DNA of 64,000 bases, from the NCBI GenBank assembly GCA_045602215.1, contig JAZSBE010000011.1:12203-76202 (forward strand), written 5' to 3'. A model generated the notes under the pieces. The model was not told the origin of the DNA. It made no database searches and saw nothing but the letters and a program-made list of their open reading frames with translations. Position numbers and translations under genes: made by a program. The DNA comes from Eubacteriales bacterium. GTDB lineage: Bacteria > Bacillota > Clostridia > Oscillospirales > CAG-272. Positions 26,494-35,265 of this stretch are shown here, one piece after another (position 1 is the stretch's first letter; every line of letters begins with the position of its first letter).

Positions 26494-27477
26494 TCAGGAG
26501 AGATCCTTTGGAAAATAGAATTGCTCGGTTTTGACGAGCGGATAGGATCGCAGTGTGGCGGCGTTGATCGCGTCCTCGGAGAGCGAAACCGAGGAGATCC
26601 GGTGATTCCCATAGGTCTTGCAGTAGCAGGTTTTCCCTTCGGTGTCGTAGCAGGAGGTGTACTGCGTGTGCTCTGAAGCGTTACCCAATTTCAGGCATCC
26701 CTCGATCTGCTCCACCGCGCCAAGAATGTGGAAGAACTGGTTGACCGAGTCCTCAGCGGTATCTTTGAGGGGAGCATTCAGCTTGGCGAACGCCGCGCGG
26801 ACGAATCGAGAGGGAGAGGTCCAGTCGCCCGGAAGCCCCAACGCGCCCGTTCCGCGTGAGATGGGAGACTCTGTAAAGTTGCCGCCAAAGCGAGGGGAGG
26901 GAGGCTCCTCTGCGGTGAGATTTTGATAGAGTGAGAGGTTTTCAAGCTGGTGGAGGAAGGGGGGATTGTTGGTAAGAACGCCCACGGGATTGTCGTAGAC
27001 GCAAAGCCCGTCGGCGGTTGGCTCCACGGCAATCGAGCCGCTTTTGTCCGACAGCATCCAATGGAGTCTTGCAACCGGAAGATCCCGGCGAAAGGAGACG
27101 TCCAGCAGGTTGATGCGTCCCAGCTCAGCTCTTGCCTCAGCGAGATTTCGACACCTGCCGAGCAGCCAGGGGATCAACTCAAATTGCGCCAGGTTATACA
27201 TCCCCTCCTCCCAAGGGAGGTAGACGGCGTTACCGACGAAATTCAACCCTGCAATGCCAAGCCCGTGCTCGTTGCAGGCGTCGTAGTAGAGGGGATAGTC
27301 GTCCATGACGGTGGCGATTCCGATCATGGCGTAGTGGTTTTCGTCGGCGGGAAGCTCCAGAAAGCGAAAGGGAAACCGTCGCGGCGTTACGACGATATGC
27401 TCGTCATACGTGTATTCCAGATCCAGCGTTCTGCCAAAGTAGTGGCGGCGTGAGAGATGAGAAATTGCGGTGCACAT
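26494..27477 (-). CDS. choloylglycine hydrolase family protein (bile salt hydrolase / penicillin V acylase-type Ntn hydrolase)
   Basis: The ORF track gives 26494..27510. I take the start at MCTAIS.. so that Cys2 is the N-terminal nucleophile. FGRTLDLEY and the family-typical length (327 aa) fit. Confidence 0.88.
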   Translation of the reverse strand: MCTAISHLSRRHYFGRTLDLEYTYDEHIVVTPRRFPFRFLELPADENHYAMIGIATVMDDYPLYYDACNEHGLGIAGLNFVGNAVYLPWEEGMYNLAQFELIPWLLGRCRNLAEARAELGRINLLDVSFRRDLPVARLHWMLSDKSGSIAVEPTADGLCVYDNPVGVLTNNPPFLHQLENLSLYQNLTAEEPPSPRFGGNFTESPISRGTGALGLPGDWTSPSRFVRAAFAKLNAPLKDTAEDSVNQFFHILGAVEQIEGCLKLGNASEHTQYTSCYDTEGKTCYCKTYGNHRISSVSLSEDAINAATLRSYPLVKTEQFYFPKDLS

Positions 27478-27609
27478 AAAAAAGCTCCTTTTTTTCATTA
27501 GCGTGGGCAAAAAAAGGCAGTTTTATGCGGCGGAATTGATGTGAGGATCATAAATCAAGCCGTCCCGCACATACACTTGAAGGGAATACGGAATGCACGG
27601 AGGCAAGAA

Positions 27610-28098
27610 ATGAATCCAACTACCAAGCAAAAAATCAAAACCTATGCGATCGCCATCGCGATCCCCGTGAGCGTGGGTCTTCTGTCTGCGCTCCTCACGA
27701 TGGGGAATATGCAGATCTACGAGACCCTGCGGATTCCGCCCCTCGCTCCGCCTGCAATTCTTTTTCCCATTGTGTGGACGGTCCTTTACGTTCTTATGGG
27801 TGTCAGCTCAGGCATGATTTGGTCGCGTCGGGAGCAAGATCCGAGGCGGGCGCGAAGGGGGCTTGTCTATTATGCGGTCAGTCTTGTTTTCAACTTCTTC
27901 TGGAGTATTTTATTCTTTCGGCTTCGACTGTTCTTGTTCTCCTTCTTTTGGCTGTTGGCACTGTTGTACCTGATCATCCGCACCATGCTTGCCTACGAAC
28001 GCGTGTATCCGACGGCGGCGTATCTGCAGATCCCCTATCTCTTTTGGGTCTCCTTTGCGGGGTACCTCAATTTTGCCATCTGGTTCTTGAATCGATAA
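27610..28098 (+). CDS. tspO: TspO/MBR family tryptophan-rich sensory protein
   Basis: The ORF track gives 27541..28098. The ATG at 27610 follows GGAGGCAAG. There are 5 TM helices and Trp-rich motifs (PPLAPPAILFPIVWTVLYVLMG; FFWSILFF). Confidence 0.88.
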   Translation: MNPTTKQKIKTYAIAIAIPVSVGLLSALLTMGNMQIYETLRIPPLAPPAILFPIVWTVLYVLMGVSSGMIWSRREQDPRRARRGLVYYAVSLVFNFFWSILFFRLRLFLFSFFWLLALLYLIIRTMLAYERVYPTAAYLQIPYLFWVSFAGYLNFAIWFLNR

Positions 28099-28104
28099 TC
28101 GGGG

Positions 28105-28143
28105 CAGGACGCTCACAGAAAATCTGTGAGCGTCCTGTGCTTT
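28105..28143 (+). terminator. rho-independent terminator after tspO
   Basis: Reads caggacgctcacag-aaaat-ctgtgagcgtcctg-tgctttg. Confidence 0.7.
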
Positions 28144-28170
28144 GAAGCAAGCGAAATCCCTATAAAAAAC

Positions 28171-28199
28171 TTGACTTTTTTCACGTTTTCTTGTATAAT
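28171..28199 (+). promoter_or_regulatory. sigma-A-type promoter (TTGACT-17-TATAAT) of the ABC transporter gene
   Basis: Reads TTGACTtttttcacgttttcttgTATAAT. This places the real start downstream of the ORF-track start. Confidence 0.6.
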
Positions 28200-28245
28200 G
28201 AGCACAGTGACAGAGCATGTCAAATCACAAAACGGAGGACAATCT

Positions 28246-31200
28246 ATGCTCGAGATAAAGAATCTCACAAAAATTTACAAATCGAAAACGGGAGAATCCG
28301 TCAAGGCACTTGACGACGTCAACATCTCCTTCCCCGAGTCTGGAATGGTGTTCATTCTCGGTAAGTCGGGAAGCGGAAAATCCACCCTGCTCAACATCAT
28401 GGGCGGACTTGACAGCTACGATAGCGGTGAGTTTATCATCAAGGGAAAATCCTCCAAGGATTTTGGAGGATCTGATTTTGACGCATACCGTAACACCTTT
28501 ATCGGTTTTATCTTCCAAGAATATAACGTGCTCGACGATTTCACGGTGGGCGCGAACATTGCGCTCGCGCTGGAGCTGCAGGGCAAGAAGGCGACCCCCG
28601 AGAAGATCAACGAGATCCTCTCGCAGGTAGACCTCATAAACTACGCCAAGAGAAAGCCCAACGAGCTCTCGGGTGGACAGAAGCAGAGAGTTGCGATTGC
28701 AAGAGCCCTGGTCAAGTCGCCCCAGATCATCATGGCGGACGAACCCACGGGCGCGTTGGATTCCAATACGGGTAAGCAGATCTTTGATTCCCTCAAGCTT
28801 CTCTCCAAGGAAAAGCTGGTGCTCATCGTTTCGCACGACCGTGATTTTGCCGAGCGGTACGCAGACAGAATCGTGGAGCTGTCGGACGGAAAGATTATTT
28901 CCGACGTGACCAAGCACGAGCACGAGAGCGAGCGGCTCAGCGACGGCATTGACAAGCTCAGCGGTCAGATCCTTCGGATCAAGCGGGGATACCGTCTGAC
29001 CGAGCGGGATCTGCAGATGATCAACGAATACCTCGCGCGCAACGATCAGGCGGATATTCTGCTCTCGGGTGACGGACGCGTCAACGACGAGCTTCGTTCA
29101 GCCGCAGGCATCAGCGACAAGGGAACCATCTCGGTGTTCGAAGGAACGGATGAGGAAAAGGACGTCAGACTGAAAAAGTACGAAAAGAAGGACAGTCACT
29201 TCATTCGCTCCAGACTTCCTGTCAAAAATGCGCTCCGTATGGGTGCGAGCGGGCTCAAGCACAAGAAGTTCCGCTTGACCATGACCATTCTCTTGTCCAC
29301 CATCGCGTTTGCGCTTTTTGGATTTGCGGATAGCATGGCGGCGTACCAAAAGATCACCGCGGCGACCGATTCCCTCGTGGATTCCAACGTCAAGAATGCG
29401 TCGATCTCGCTTGGTGTGCGCCGTACCATTACCACCTCCGATGGGGAGGTGAGTATGTATTACACCGAAGCCGCACTCAACGATGCGGATCTGCAGTATC
29501 TCCGCGAGACCACGGGGCTTGACTTCGTTCCCGTCTTTACGGGTCGGATGTATAACAGCGGATGGTCGATCGCTTCCATGATGCAGAATCATTCCCAGAC
29601 CGAGGTCTATACCGGAAAGATTCACGGCTTGGTGGCACTCGATGCCGAGCAGATTGCCAAAACGGGATATCAGCTCATCGGACGGATGCCAGAGGGGAAG
29701 GGCGAGATCGTTATCACCGAGCTGATGTACAGACAGTTTAATGAATTCGGATTCGTTAATTCTGTGAAGAACGAGAGTATTGCCGCGGGAAGTGTCTCGA
29801 AGGACGCAGACTCTCCCAATTCCATCATCGGAAAGCACCTCACTCTTTCGGGCGGTACGTCCCTTTCCGGTGACAGCGGATATACCTTTGAGATCGTCGG
29901 TATTCTCGATACCGGGTTTGACTACGTTCGCTATGAGGGCTTCCTGCCCGATGACGAAAACACCGTACCCGGTCAGCAGGACACCAATATGCTGGTGGAA
30001 AGCGTGCTTCAGATGGAGATCATGAGCGAGCTGAACTACGGCTTCCACGCCCTTGGTTATACCACCGACGAGGATATTGACGAGATGGCAGAACTGTTCC
30101 CTCCCAACATGTATATCTCGCTTGGAACGCCTTTCAACGGATGGGATTCTATCTATTATATTTCCGTGAGCGATCCCATGGCTCAATCGGATTCTGATAA
30201 GGATATGGGCATGAACTACGGAAATCGCATCAGCGAAGCCGCAACGTCCTCGGCGCTCTCCAAGCTGACGATCAAGTGGCTCGACGGAAACGAGCGCACC
30301 ACCCTTGCGGCCGACGAGGTCGTTCTGCCTTCCTCCATCATCGAATCCCTGTACCCGTCAAGCGTAAAGATCGCGCTGGACGTTGAGAAGATGAAGAACG
30401 ACGCGATCACGGCGGGAACATTTGCCGAGGCGCATTGGAATGAGATCGGACAGCAGGATTCTGCTTGGGAACAGTTCAAAAAATCCGCAATGCTTGCCTA
30501 TATTGATCAAATGCTGGAAGAGCAGGCGGTCGTGGATGCGGTGAGCGCATACGCGCGTGATAACGGATATGGCGATCATATTCAGGATCGGGAAAGTGCA
30601 AGACAGTTCTGGAAGGAATACTGGTTTGATCAGGGACAGTACGATGCGCCCGTATACGACCGATCCGGCTTCAAAAACTCCTATGAGTTCGAGAAACAGG
30701 TAAGAGCATTGTTTGTCCCGACCGTTGCGCAAACGCTTGGGTTGGATGCATCTCTGCTGGCGTCTGAAAGCGTTGCTCAGAGAGTGGAGGAATGGGTCAG
30801 GAATCTCTCTGCCTCCGAGCCTGAATTTTCGGTCGAGACGTGGAGCATTCGCGAGCTTTTGACACAGGCTGCAGCAGAGCGCGAGATTGATGCGCTGCTT
30901 GCAAACGAAGACTTTATGGAAATGATGCTCGCGTCCGACCTATTCTCCTACAAGGATGAATGGGATGGTGCGTTGGATGAGCAGAAGAAAATTTGGACCA
31001 TGCAGTTCTATCGGATCTATCTGACCGACGGTAATGGCGGTCTTAACAGAAATCCCTACGGAACGGTGACCGGTGAAGAGCTTGAGCGCGAGGCAAAGGC
31101 GATACTCCTGCAGGCAAGCGGCAGAACCGAGGCAGAGCTTCTTTCCTCGCTTGTCATCGAGCGGTTTGAGGAAAATCTCGAGCTTCAGACGAATACCTCC

Positions 31201-31920
31201 CTTGGCGTTTATGATTTCAAGATCGTCGGTATTTACGATTCGAATCAGTATATCTTCAGCAATCTGATCATCAATGATACCGTTCTTGCCGATTATCAGA
31301 CTTGGATGGAGGAGAACAGTGGCGGATGGTACTATACCGAGGAGATTGCCGATCACGACGACGGTATCTGGGCGTATGCGTTGGCACCTATGGGTAGTGA
31401 CGTCGACGTGGTCAGACAACTGGTGGAGATGTCCTATGACGAGAGCGGAGATCTTCAGTTCGTGCTTCAGAACTACATCATGGAGACCCTGGACTCCTTC
31501 AACAGCTTCATCGAAATCGGATCGAAGGTCTTCTTGTACGTGGGAATCGGATTCGCCGTCTTCTCGGCACTCCTTCTGATGAACTTTATCGCAACGTCTA
31601 TTTCCTACAAGAAGAGAGAGATTGGCGTGCTGCGAGCAGTCGGCGCGCGTTCCTCCGACGTCTTCAAGATTTTCTTTGGAGAGGCCCTCATGATCGCGGC
31701 GATCAACTTCCTGCTCTCCACGGCTTTGGTTGTGGCGGGAATCATCGTTGCCAATAACCTGATGCATAAGAGCGGCATCAATATCACGCTCCTGCATTAC
31801 GGTGTGCGTCAGTTTGGGCTGATGCTGGTGATCAGCGTCGTGGTCGCACTTCTTGCAAGTTATCTGCCCGTGAGCAATATTGCAAGAAAGAAGCCCGTTG
31901 ATGCGATCAAGGATCGCTAA
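28246..31920 (+). CDS. fused ABC transporter: MacB/LolD-type ATPase + FtsX-type permease with a ~730-aa extracytoplasmic domain
   Basis: The ORF track gives 28126..31920. The ATG at 28246 (MLEIKNLTKIYKS) follows GGAGGA. Walker A is GKSGSGKST, the signature is LSGGQKQR and Walker B is IIMADEPTGALD. TM1 lies at about aa 343-364. Three C-terminal FtsX helices with the KKREIGVLRAVGA motif lie at about aa 1095-1224. Confidence 0.88.
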   Translation: MLEIKNLTKIYKSKTGESVKALDDVNISFPESGMVFILGKSGSGKSTLLNIMGGLDSYDSGEFIIKGKSSKDFGGSDFDAYRNTFIGFIFQEYNVLDDFTVGANIALALELQGKKATPEKINEILSQVDLINYAKRKPNELSGGQKQRVAIARALVKSPQIIMADEPTGALDSNTGKQIFDSLKLLSKEKLVLIVSHDRDFAERYADRIVELSDGKIISDVTKHEHESERLSDGIDKLSGQILRIKRGYRLTERDLQMINEYLARNDQADILLSGDGRVNDELRSAAGISDKGTISVFEGTDEEKDVRLKKYEKKDSHFIRSRLPVKNALRMGASGLKHKKFRLTMTILLSTIAFALFGFADSMAAYQKITAATDSLVDSNVKNASISLGVRRTITTSDGEVSMYYTEAALNDADLQYLRETTGLDFVPVFTGRMYNSGWSIASMMQNHSQTEVYTGKIHGLVALDAEQIAKTGYQLIGRMPEGKGEIVITELMYRQFNEFGFVNSVKNESIAAGSVSKDADSPNSIIGKHLTLSGGTSLSGDSGYTFEIVGILDTGFDYVRYEGFLPDDENTVPGQQDTNMLVESVLQMEIMSELNYGFHALGYTTDEDIDEMAELFPPNMYISLGTPFNGWDSIYYISVSDPMAQSDSDKDMGMNYGNRISEAATSSALSKLTIKWLDGNERTTLAADEVVLPSSIIESLYPSSVKIALDVEKMKNDAITAGTFAEAHWNEIGQQDSAWEQFKKSAMLAYIDQMLEEQAVVDAVSAYARDNGYGDHIQDRESARQFWKEYWFDQGQYDAPVYDRSGFKNSYEFEKQVRALFVPTVAQTLGLDASLLASESVAQRVEEWVRNLSASEPEFSVETWSIRELLTQAAAEREIDALLANEDFMEMMLASDLFSYKDEWDGALDEQKKIWTMQFYRIYLTDGNGGLNRNPYGTVTGEELEREAKAILLQASGRTEAELLSSLVIERFEENLELQTNTSLGVYDFKIVGIYDSNQYIFSNLIINDTVLADYQTWMEENSGGWYYTEEIADHDDGIWAYALAPMGSDVDVVRQLVEMSYDESGDLQFVLQNYIMETLDSFNSFIEIGSKVFLYVGIGFAVFSALLLMNFIATSISYKKREIGVLRAVGARSSDVFKIFFGEALMIAAINFLLSTALVVAGIIVANNLMHKSGINITLLHYGVRQFGLMLVISVVVALLASYLPVSNIARKKPVDAIKDR

Positions 31921-31931
31921 TAAACAAAAAT

Positions 31932-31967
31932 GCCGAGGGAAAATATTTCCCTCGGCTTCCTTTTTTT
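31932..31967 (+). terminator. rho-independent terminator
   Basis: Reads gccgaggga-aaatatt-tccctcggc-ttccttttttt. Confidence 0.8.
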
Positions 31968-31977
31968 GTGTCATTTA

Positions 31978-32006
31978 TTGACAGATCGGACGGGGTGTGC
32001 TATAAT
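31978..32006 (+). promoter_or_regulatory. sigma-A-type promoter (TTGACA-17-TATAAT)
   Basis: Reads TTGACAgatcggacggggtgtgcTATAAT, about 28 nt before the ATG at 32034. Confidence 0.6.
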
Positions 32007-32033
32007 GAAAAAAACGAAAAAAGGAGTGTTACG

Positions 32034-32870
32034 ATGTATCCGGTCGGTCTTTCTGTTTCCTCCCTTCGCATTACGGAGGAAATGTTTCAAAACATGGCAA
32101 ACGCAGGCGTTGCCGCGATGGAGGTCTCGCACAGCCTGAAAAAGCATCTGGAGGCGGACAATCTTCCGCAGTTTGCCGCATGGGCAAAGCAGTACGGCGT
32201 GGATCTGTGGTCGTATCATCTTCCTTTTTGGGATGACGAATTGAAGTTTGACATTTCGGACGTGCCCACGGCAGACGCGACGGTCAAGCTGTTCTGCTCG
32301 ATTATTGAGCAGGGCGTGGAGATAGGAATCAAGAAATTCATTATCCACCCCAGCACCGAGCCCATTTCGGACGAGGATCGCCCCGCGCACATGGCGCGAT
32401 CCAAGAAGTCTCTGTATATGCTGACAGAGTTTGCCAAGACAAAGGGCGCTGTGATGTGTTTGGAAAATCTGCCCCGCACCTGCCTTGGAAAGAACTCGGA
32501 GGAGATGCTGGAGCTGCTCTCGGCGCACCCCGATCTGCGCGTGTGCTTTGATACCAACCATCTCTTGCAGGAGCCCTTCGTGGATTTCATTCGGGCGGTG
32601 GGAGATAAGATCGTGACGCTTCACGTGTCCGACTACGACTATATTGACGAGAAGCATTGGTTCCCCGGGGAGGGACTTGTGGACTGGCATTTGCTTTACA
32701 GTACTCTCAAAGAGGTGGGGTACGACGGCGTATGGATGTACGAGACGGGCATTGGCGACCCCAAAAACCGCCGCACCAAGAAGCTGACCTGTGAGGACGT
32801 AGCTCAAAACGCGAATGAAATTTTTGAAGGGAAGCCCATTACCTCATACTTGATTAAGAAATTGGTATAA
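32034..32870 (+). CDS. sugar phosphate isomerase/epimerase (xylose isomerase-like TIM barrel)
   Basis: The ORF track gives 31968..32870. The ATG at 32034 follows AAGGAG. The pattern is typical of the family (..FIIHPS.., ..CLENL.., ..CFDTNH.., HVSDY). Confidence 0.8.
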   Translation: MYPVGLSVSSLRITEEMFQNMANAGVAAMEVSHSLKKHLEADNLPQFAAWAKQYGVDLWSYHLPFWDDELKFDISDVPTADATVKLFCSIIEQGVEIGIKKFIIHPSTEPISDEDRPAHMARSKKSLYMLTEFAKTKGAVMCLENLPRTCLGKNSEEMLELLSAHPDLRVCFDTNHLLQEPFVDFIRAVGDKIVTLHVSDYDYIDEKHWFPGEGLVDWHLLYSTLKEVGYDGVWMYETGIGDPKNRRTKKLTCEDVAQNANEIFEGKPITSYLIKKLV

Positions 32871-32873
32871 AGA

Positions 32874-32912
32874 AAAGGCGTCAAGCACCGTTCGGTGCTT
32901 GACGCCTTTTGT
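32874..32912. terminator. bidirectional terminator between convergent genes
   Basis: Reads aaaggcgtcaagcacc-gttc-ggtgcttgacgccttt. Confidence 0.8.
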
Positions 32913-32914
32913 AT

Positions 32915-33346
32915 TTAGATTCTGTAGATCTCTGCAGGATCGATCTTGCCTGCTTCGGTCGCTGCAATGATCTGCTCAGCAGTTGCTGCGTTGTCAATTC
33001 CCAGAATCATGAGTGCCTTTCCGTGGATGTGTCCCACCGAGGCGTACATATATTTGACCTCGAGGTTCTTCTCGGAGAGAAGATTGACGACCTTTGCAAA
33101 TCCACCGGGGACGTCCTCAATGGCAACTGCCAACGCCTCCGTGATCTTTGCGACCACGCCTGCGGAGCGCATGACCTCAACCGCTTTTTCGGGATCGCTC
33201 ACCAGCATACGGAGAATGCCGTAGTCGGTGGAGTCTGCCAAGGAGAGTGCGCTGATATCAATGCCGTTGGTCGCGAGGATGTCCGCAAGCTCGGAGAGCC
33301 TGCCCGTCTTGTTTTCAATAAATGCACAAACCTGCTTTACGATCAT
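32915..33346 (-). CDS. ACT domain-containing protein (tandem ACT), last gene of the ior-paaK operon
   Basis: 143 aa. The sequence VCAFIENKTGRLSELADILATNGIDISALSLADSTDYGILRMLV is an ACT fold. Confidence 0.8.
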   Translation of the reverse strand: MIVKQVCAFIENKTGRLSELADILATNGIDISALSLADSTDYGILRMLVSDPEKAVEVMRSAGVVAKITEALAVAIEDVPGGFAKVVNLLSEKNLEVKYMYASVGHIHGKALMILGIDNAATAEQIIAATEAGKIDPAEIYRI

Positions 33347-33361
33347 GGTACTGTGTCCTCC

Positions 33362-34666
33362 TTAGAGTTTTCTCTTGTCGTTGACGCGCTTTGCCTTACC
33401 TTCGCTTCTTGCGATGGACTTGGGGTTCACGAGGTGAACCTTGACGCCGAGTCCAAGCGCGGAGCGGAGCTTTTCGGCGATCTGACGCTCTACGTTGGCG
33501 ATGGACTTCACGTCATCGGCAAAGAATGCGTCGCTCATTTCCACGTCAAGGTCAAAGGTATCGTTGTTATCAACACGGTCAATGGTGATGAAGTAGTTGG
33601 GCGTGATCTCGCCGCCGCCGATCGAGAGGAGCACCTCCTCGACCTGAGAGGGGAAGACGTTGACGCCGCGGATGATGAGCATATCGTCGCTTCGTCCGTT
33701 GGGCTTCATCATTCTCACGTGCGTTCTGCCGCACTTACAGGGCGCATACTCCAGACGGCAAATGTCTCTGGTGCGGTAACGGATGGCAGGGAAGCCCTCC
33801 TTGGTGATGGTGGTGAGCACGAGTTCTCCCGTCTCTCCTGCAGGGAGCACCTCGCAGGTATCGGGATCAATGATCTCGGGAATGAAGTGATCCTCCCAGA
33901 TGTGCATGCCGCTTTGCTCGGTGCATTCGCAGCCGACACCGGGACCGAGAATCTCGGACAGACCGTAAATGTCGTACGCCTTGATGCCAAGCTTTTCCTC
34001 GATCTCGTGGCGCATACTCTCGCTCCAGGGTTCAGCACCGAAGATGCCCGCCTTGAGCTTGAGCTGATCCTTCAGACCTGCGCGCTCGATCTCCTCGCCG
34101 ATGTAGAGGGCGTAGGAGGGGGTGCAGCAGAGAATGGTCGCGCCGAAGTCGATCATATTCTGGATCTGCAAGGGGGTGTTTCCGGAAGACATGGGGATGA
34201 CGGTTGCGCCGATGCGTCCTGCGCCGTCATGCGCGCCGAGACCTCCCGTGAACAGACCGTAGCCGTAGGACACCTGAACGATGTCCTCGTCGGTTGCGCC
34301 GATGGCAACCAGCATTCTTGCAAAGCAATCTGCCCACATATCCAGGTCGTTTTGCGTGTATCCGACCACGATCCTCTTGCCGGTCGTTCCGCTGGAGGCG
34401 TGGATTCTCTTGATGTTCTTCAGGGGCTCTGCAAAGAGTCCGTAGGGGTAATAATCACGGAGGTCCTTTTTGTAGGAGAAGGGAAGCTTTGACAGATCGT
34501 CAACGTTCTTGATGTCCTCGGGCTTCAGTCCCAGCTCATCCATGCGGAGGCGGAAGCATTCCACTTTTTCGTAGGTGCGCTTGACCTGCCATACGAGGCG
34601 CTCGCTCTGAAGCGCGCGCAGTTCTTCTCTGGAGAGGGTTTCCTCCCGTTCGTTCAACATTGCCAT
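33362..34666 (-). CDS. paaK: phenylacetate--CoA ligase family adenylate-forming enzyme
   Basis: 434 aa with HASSGTTGKRIVVGYT and the PaaK-type C-terminal domain. Confidence 0.88.
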   Translation of the reverse strand: MAMLNEREETLSREELRALQSERLVWQVKRTYEKVECFRLRMDELGLKPEDIKNVDDLSKLPFSYKKDLRDYYPYGLFAEPLKNIKRIHASSGTTGKRIVVGYTQNDLDMWADCFARMLVAIGATDEDIVQVSYGYGLFTGGLGAHDGAGRIGATVIPMSSGNTPLQIQNMIDFGATILCCTPSYALYIGEEIERAGLKDQLKLKAGIFGAEPWSESMRHEIEEKLGIKAYDIYGLSEILGPGVGCECTEQSGMHIWEDHFIPEIIDPDTCEVLPAGETGELVLTTITKEGFPAIRYRTRDICRLEYAPCKCGRTHVRMMKPNGRSDDMLIIRGVNVFPSQVEEVLLSIGGGEITPNYFITIDRVDNNDTFDLDVEMSDAFFADDVKSIANVERQIAEKLRSALGLGVKVHLVNPKSIARSEGKAKRVNDKRKL

Positions 34667-34683
34667 TGTTTTTATTCCTCGCT

Positions 34684-35265
34684 TTACTGTTTCTTGGAAA
34701 TTTCATATCCTGCGTCAAATGCCTTGAGATTGATATCCAGGAATTTGGGAGGAACGGTTGCCTTGAGTGCTTCGATCCACGCGTCACGCGGGATTTCGGT
34801 AGAGCCTGCCAAAACGCCGATCAGTACGACGTTGACCGCCTTTGCGCTGCCGCACGCTTCTGCAATGGAGAGGGCGTCGAGACTGATGACGTCTGCAAAT
34901 TTCTGCAGCTCCTCAATAATTCCCTCGGGGTATTCTGCCGCGCCGGTGATGACGGGCATGGGATCAATGGATCGGTCGTTGACAATGATGCGTCCACCTT
35001 TTTTGAGGTAGGGAAGTGCGCGAAGCGCCTCCAGACGCTCAAACGCCAGGATGATATCTGCCTCCCCTTGGTCGATGATGGGGGAGAAGATCTCCTGCCC
35101 GTATTTTACGTAGGTTACCACGCTTCCGCCGCGCTGACTCATGCCGTGCACCTCGGAAAGCTTGACGTCATAGCCCTTTTCGGTCAGAAGAGTTCCGAGA
35201 ATGCGGCTGGCAAGAAGAGTTCCCTGTCCGCCGACGCCGACGATCATAATATTCTTGCTGGACAT
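34684..35265 (-). CDS. iorB: indolepyruvate:ferredoxin oxidoreductase subunit beta
   Basis: The ORF track gives 34684..35313. I take the start at MSSKNIMIVGVGGQGTLL (ATG 35265), which overlaps the iorA stop by 1 nt (TAATG). Confidence 0.88.
   Translation of the reverse strand: MSSKNIMIVGVGGQGTLLASRILGTLLTEKGYDVKLSEVHGMSQRGGSVVTYVKYGQEIFSPIIDQGEADIILAFERLEALRALPYLKKGGRIIVNDRSIDPMPVITGAAEYPEGIIEELQKFADVISLDALSIAEACGSAKAVNVVLIGVLAGSTEIPRDAWIEALKATVPPKFLDINLKAFDAGYEISKKQ

Noticed and set aside
28126-28245. N-terminal extensions offered by the ORF track. Examples are 28126 for the ABC transporter, 6108 for rluD, 6598 for lspA, 50444 for lysK, 38746 for the acyl-CoA ligase, 26463 for pflB and 44879 for the lipoprotein.
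   Set aside because: The extensions overlap upstream genes, promoters or terminators and lack an RBS. Internal ATGs with good RBSs reproduce the conserved family N-termini.
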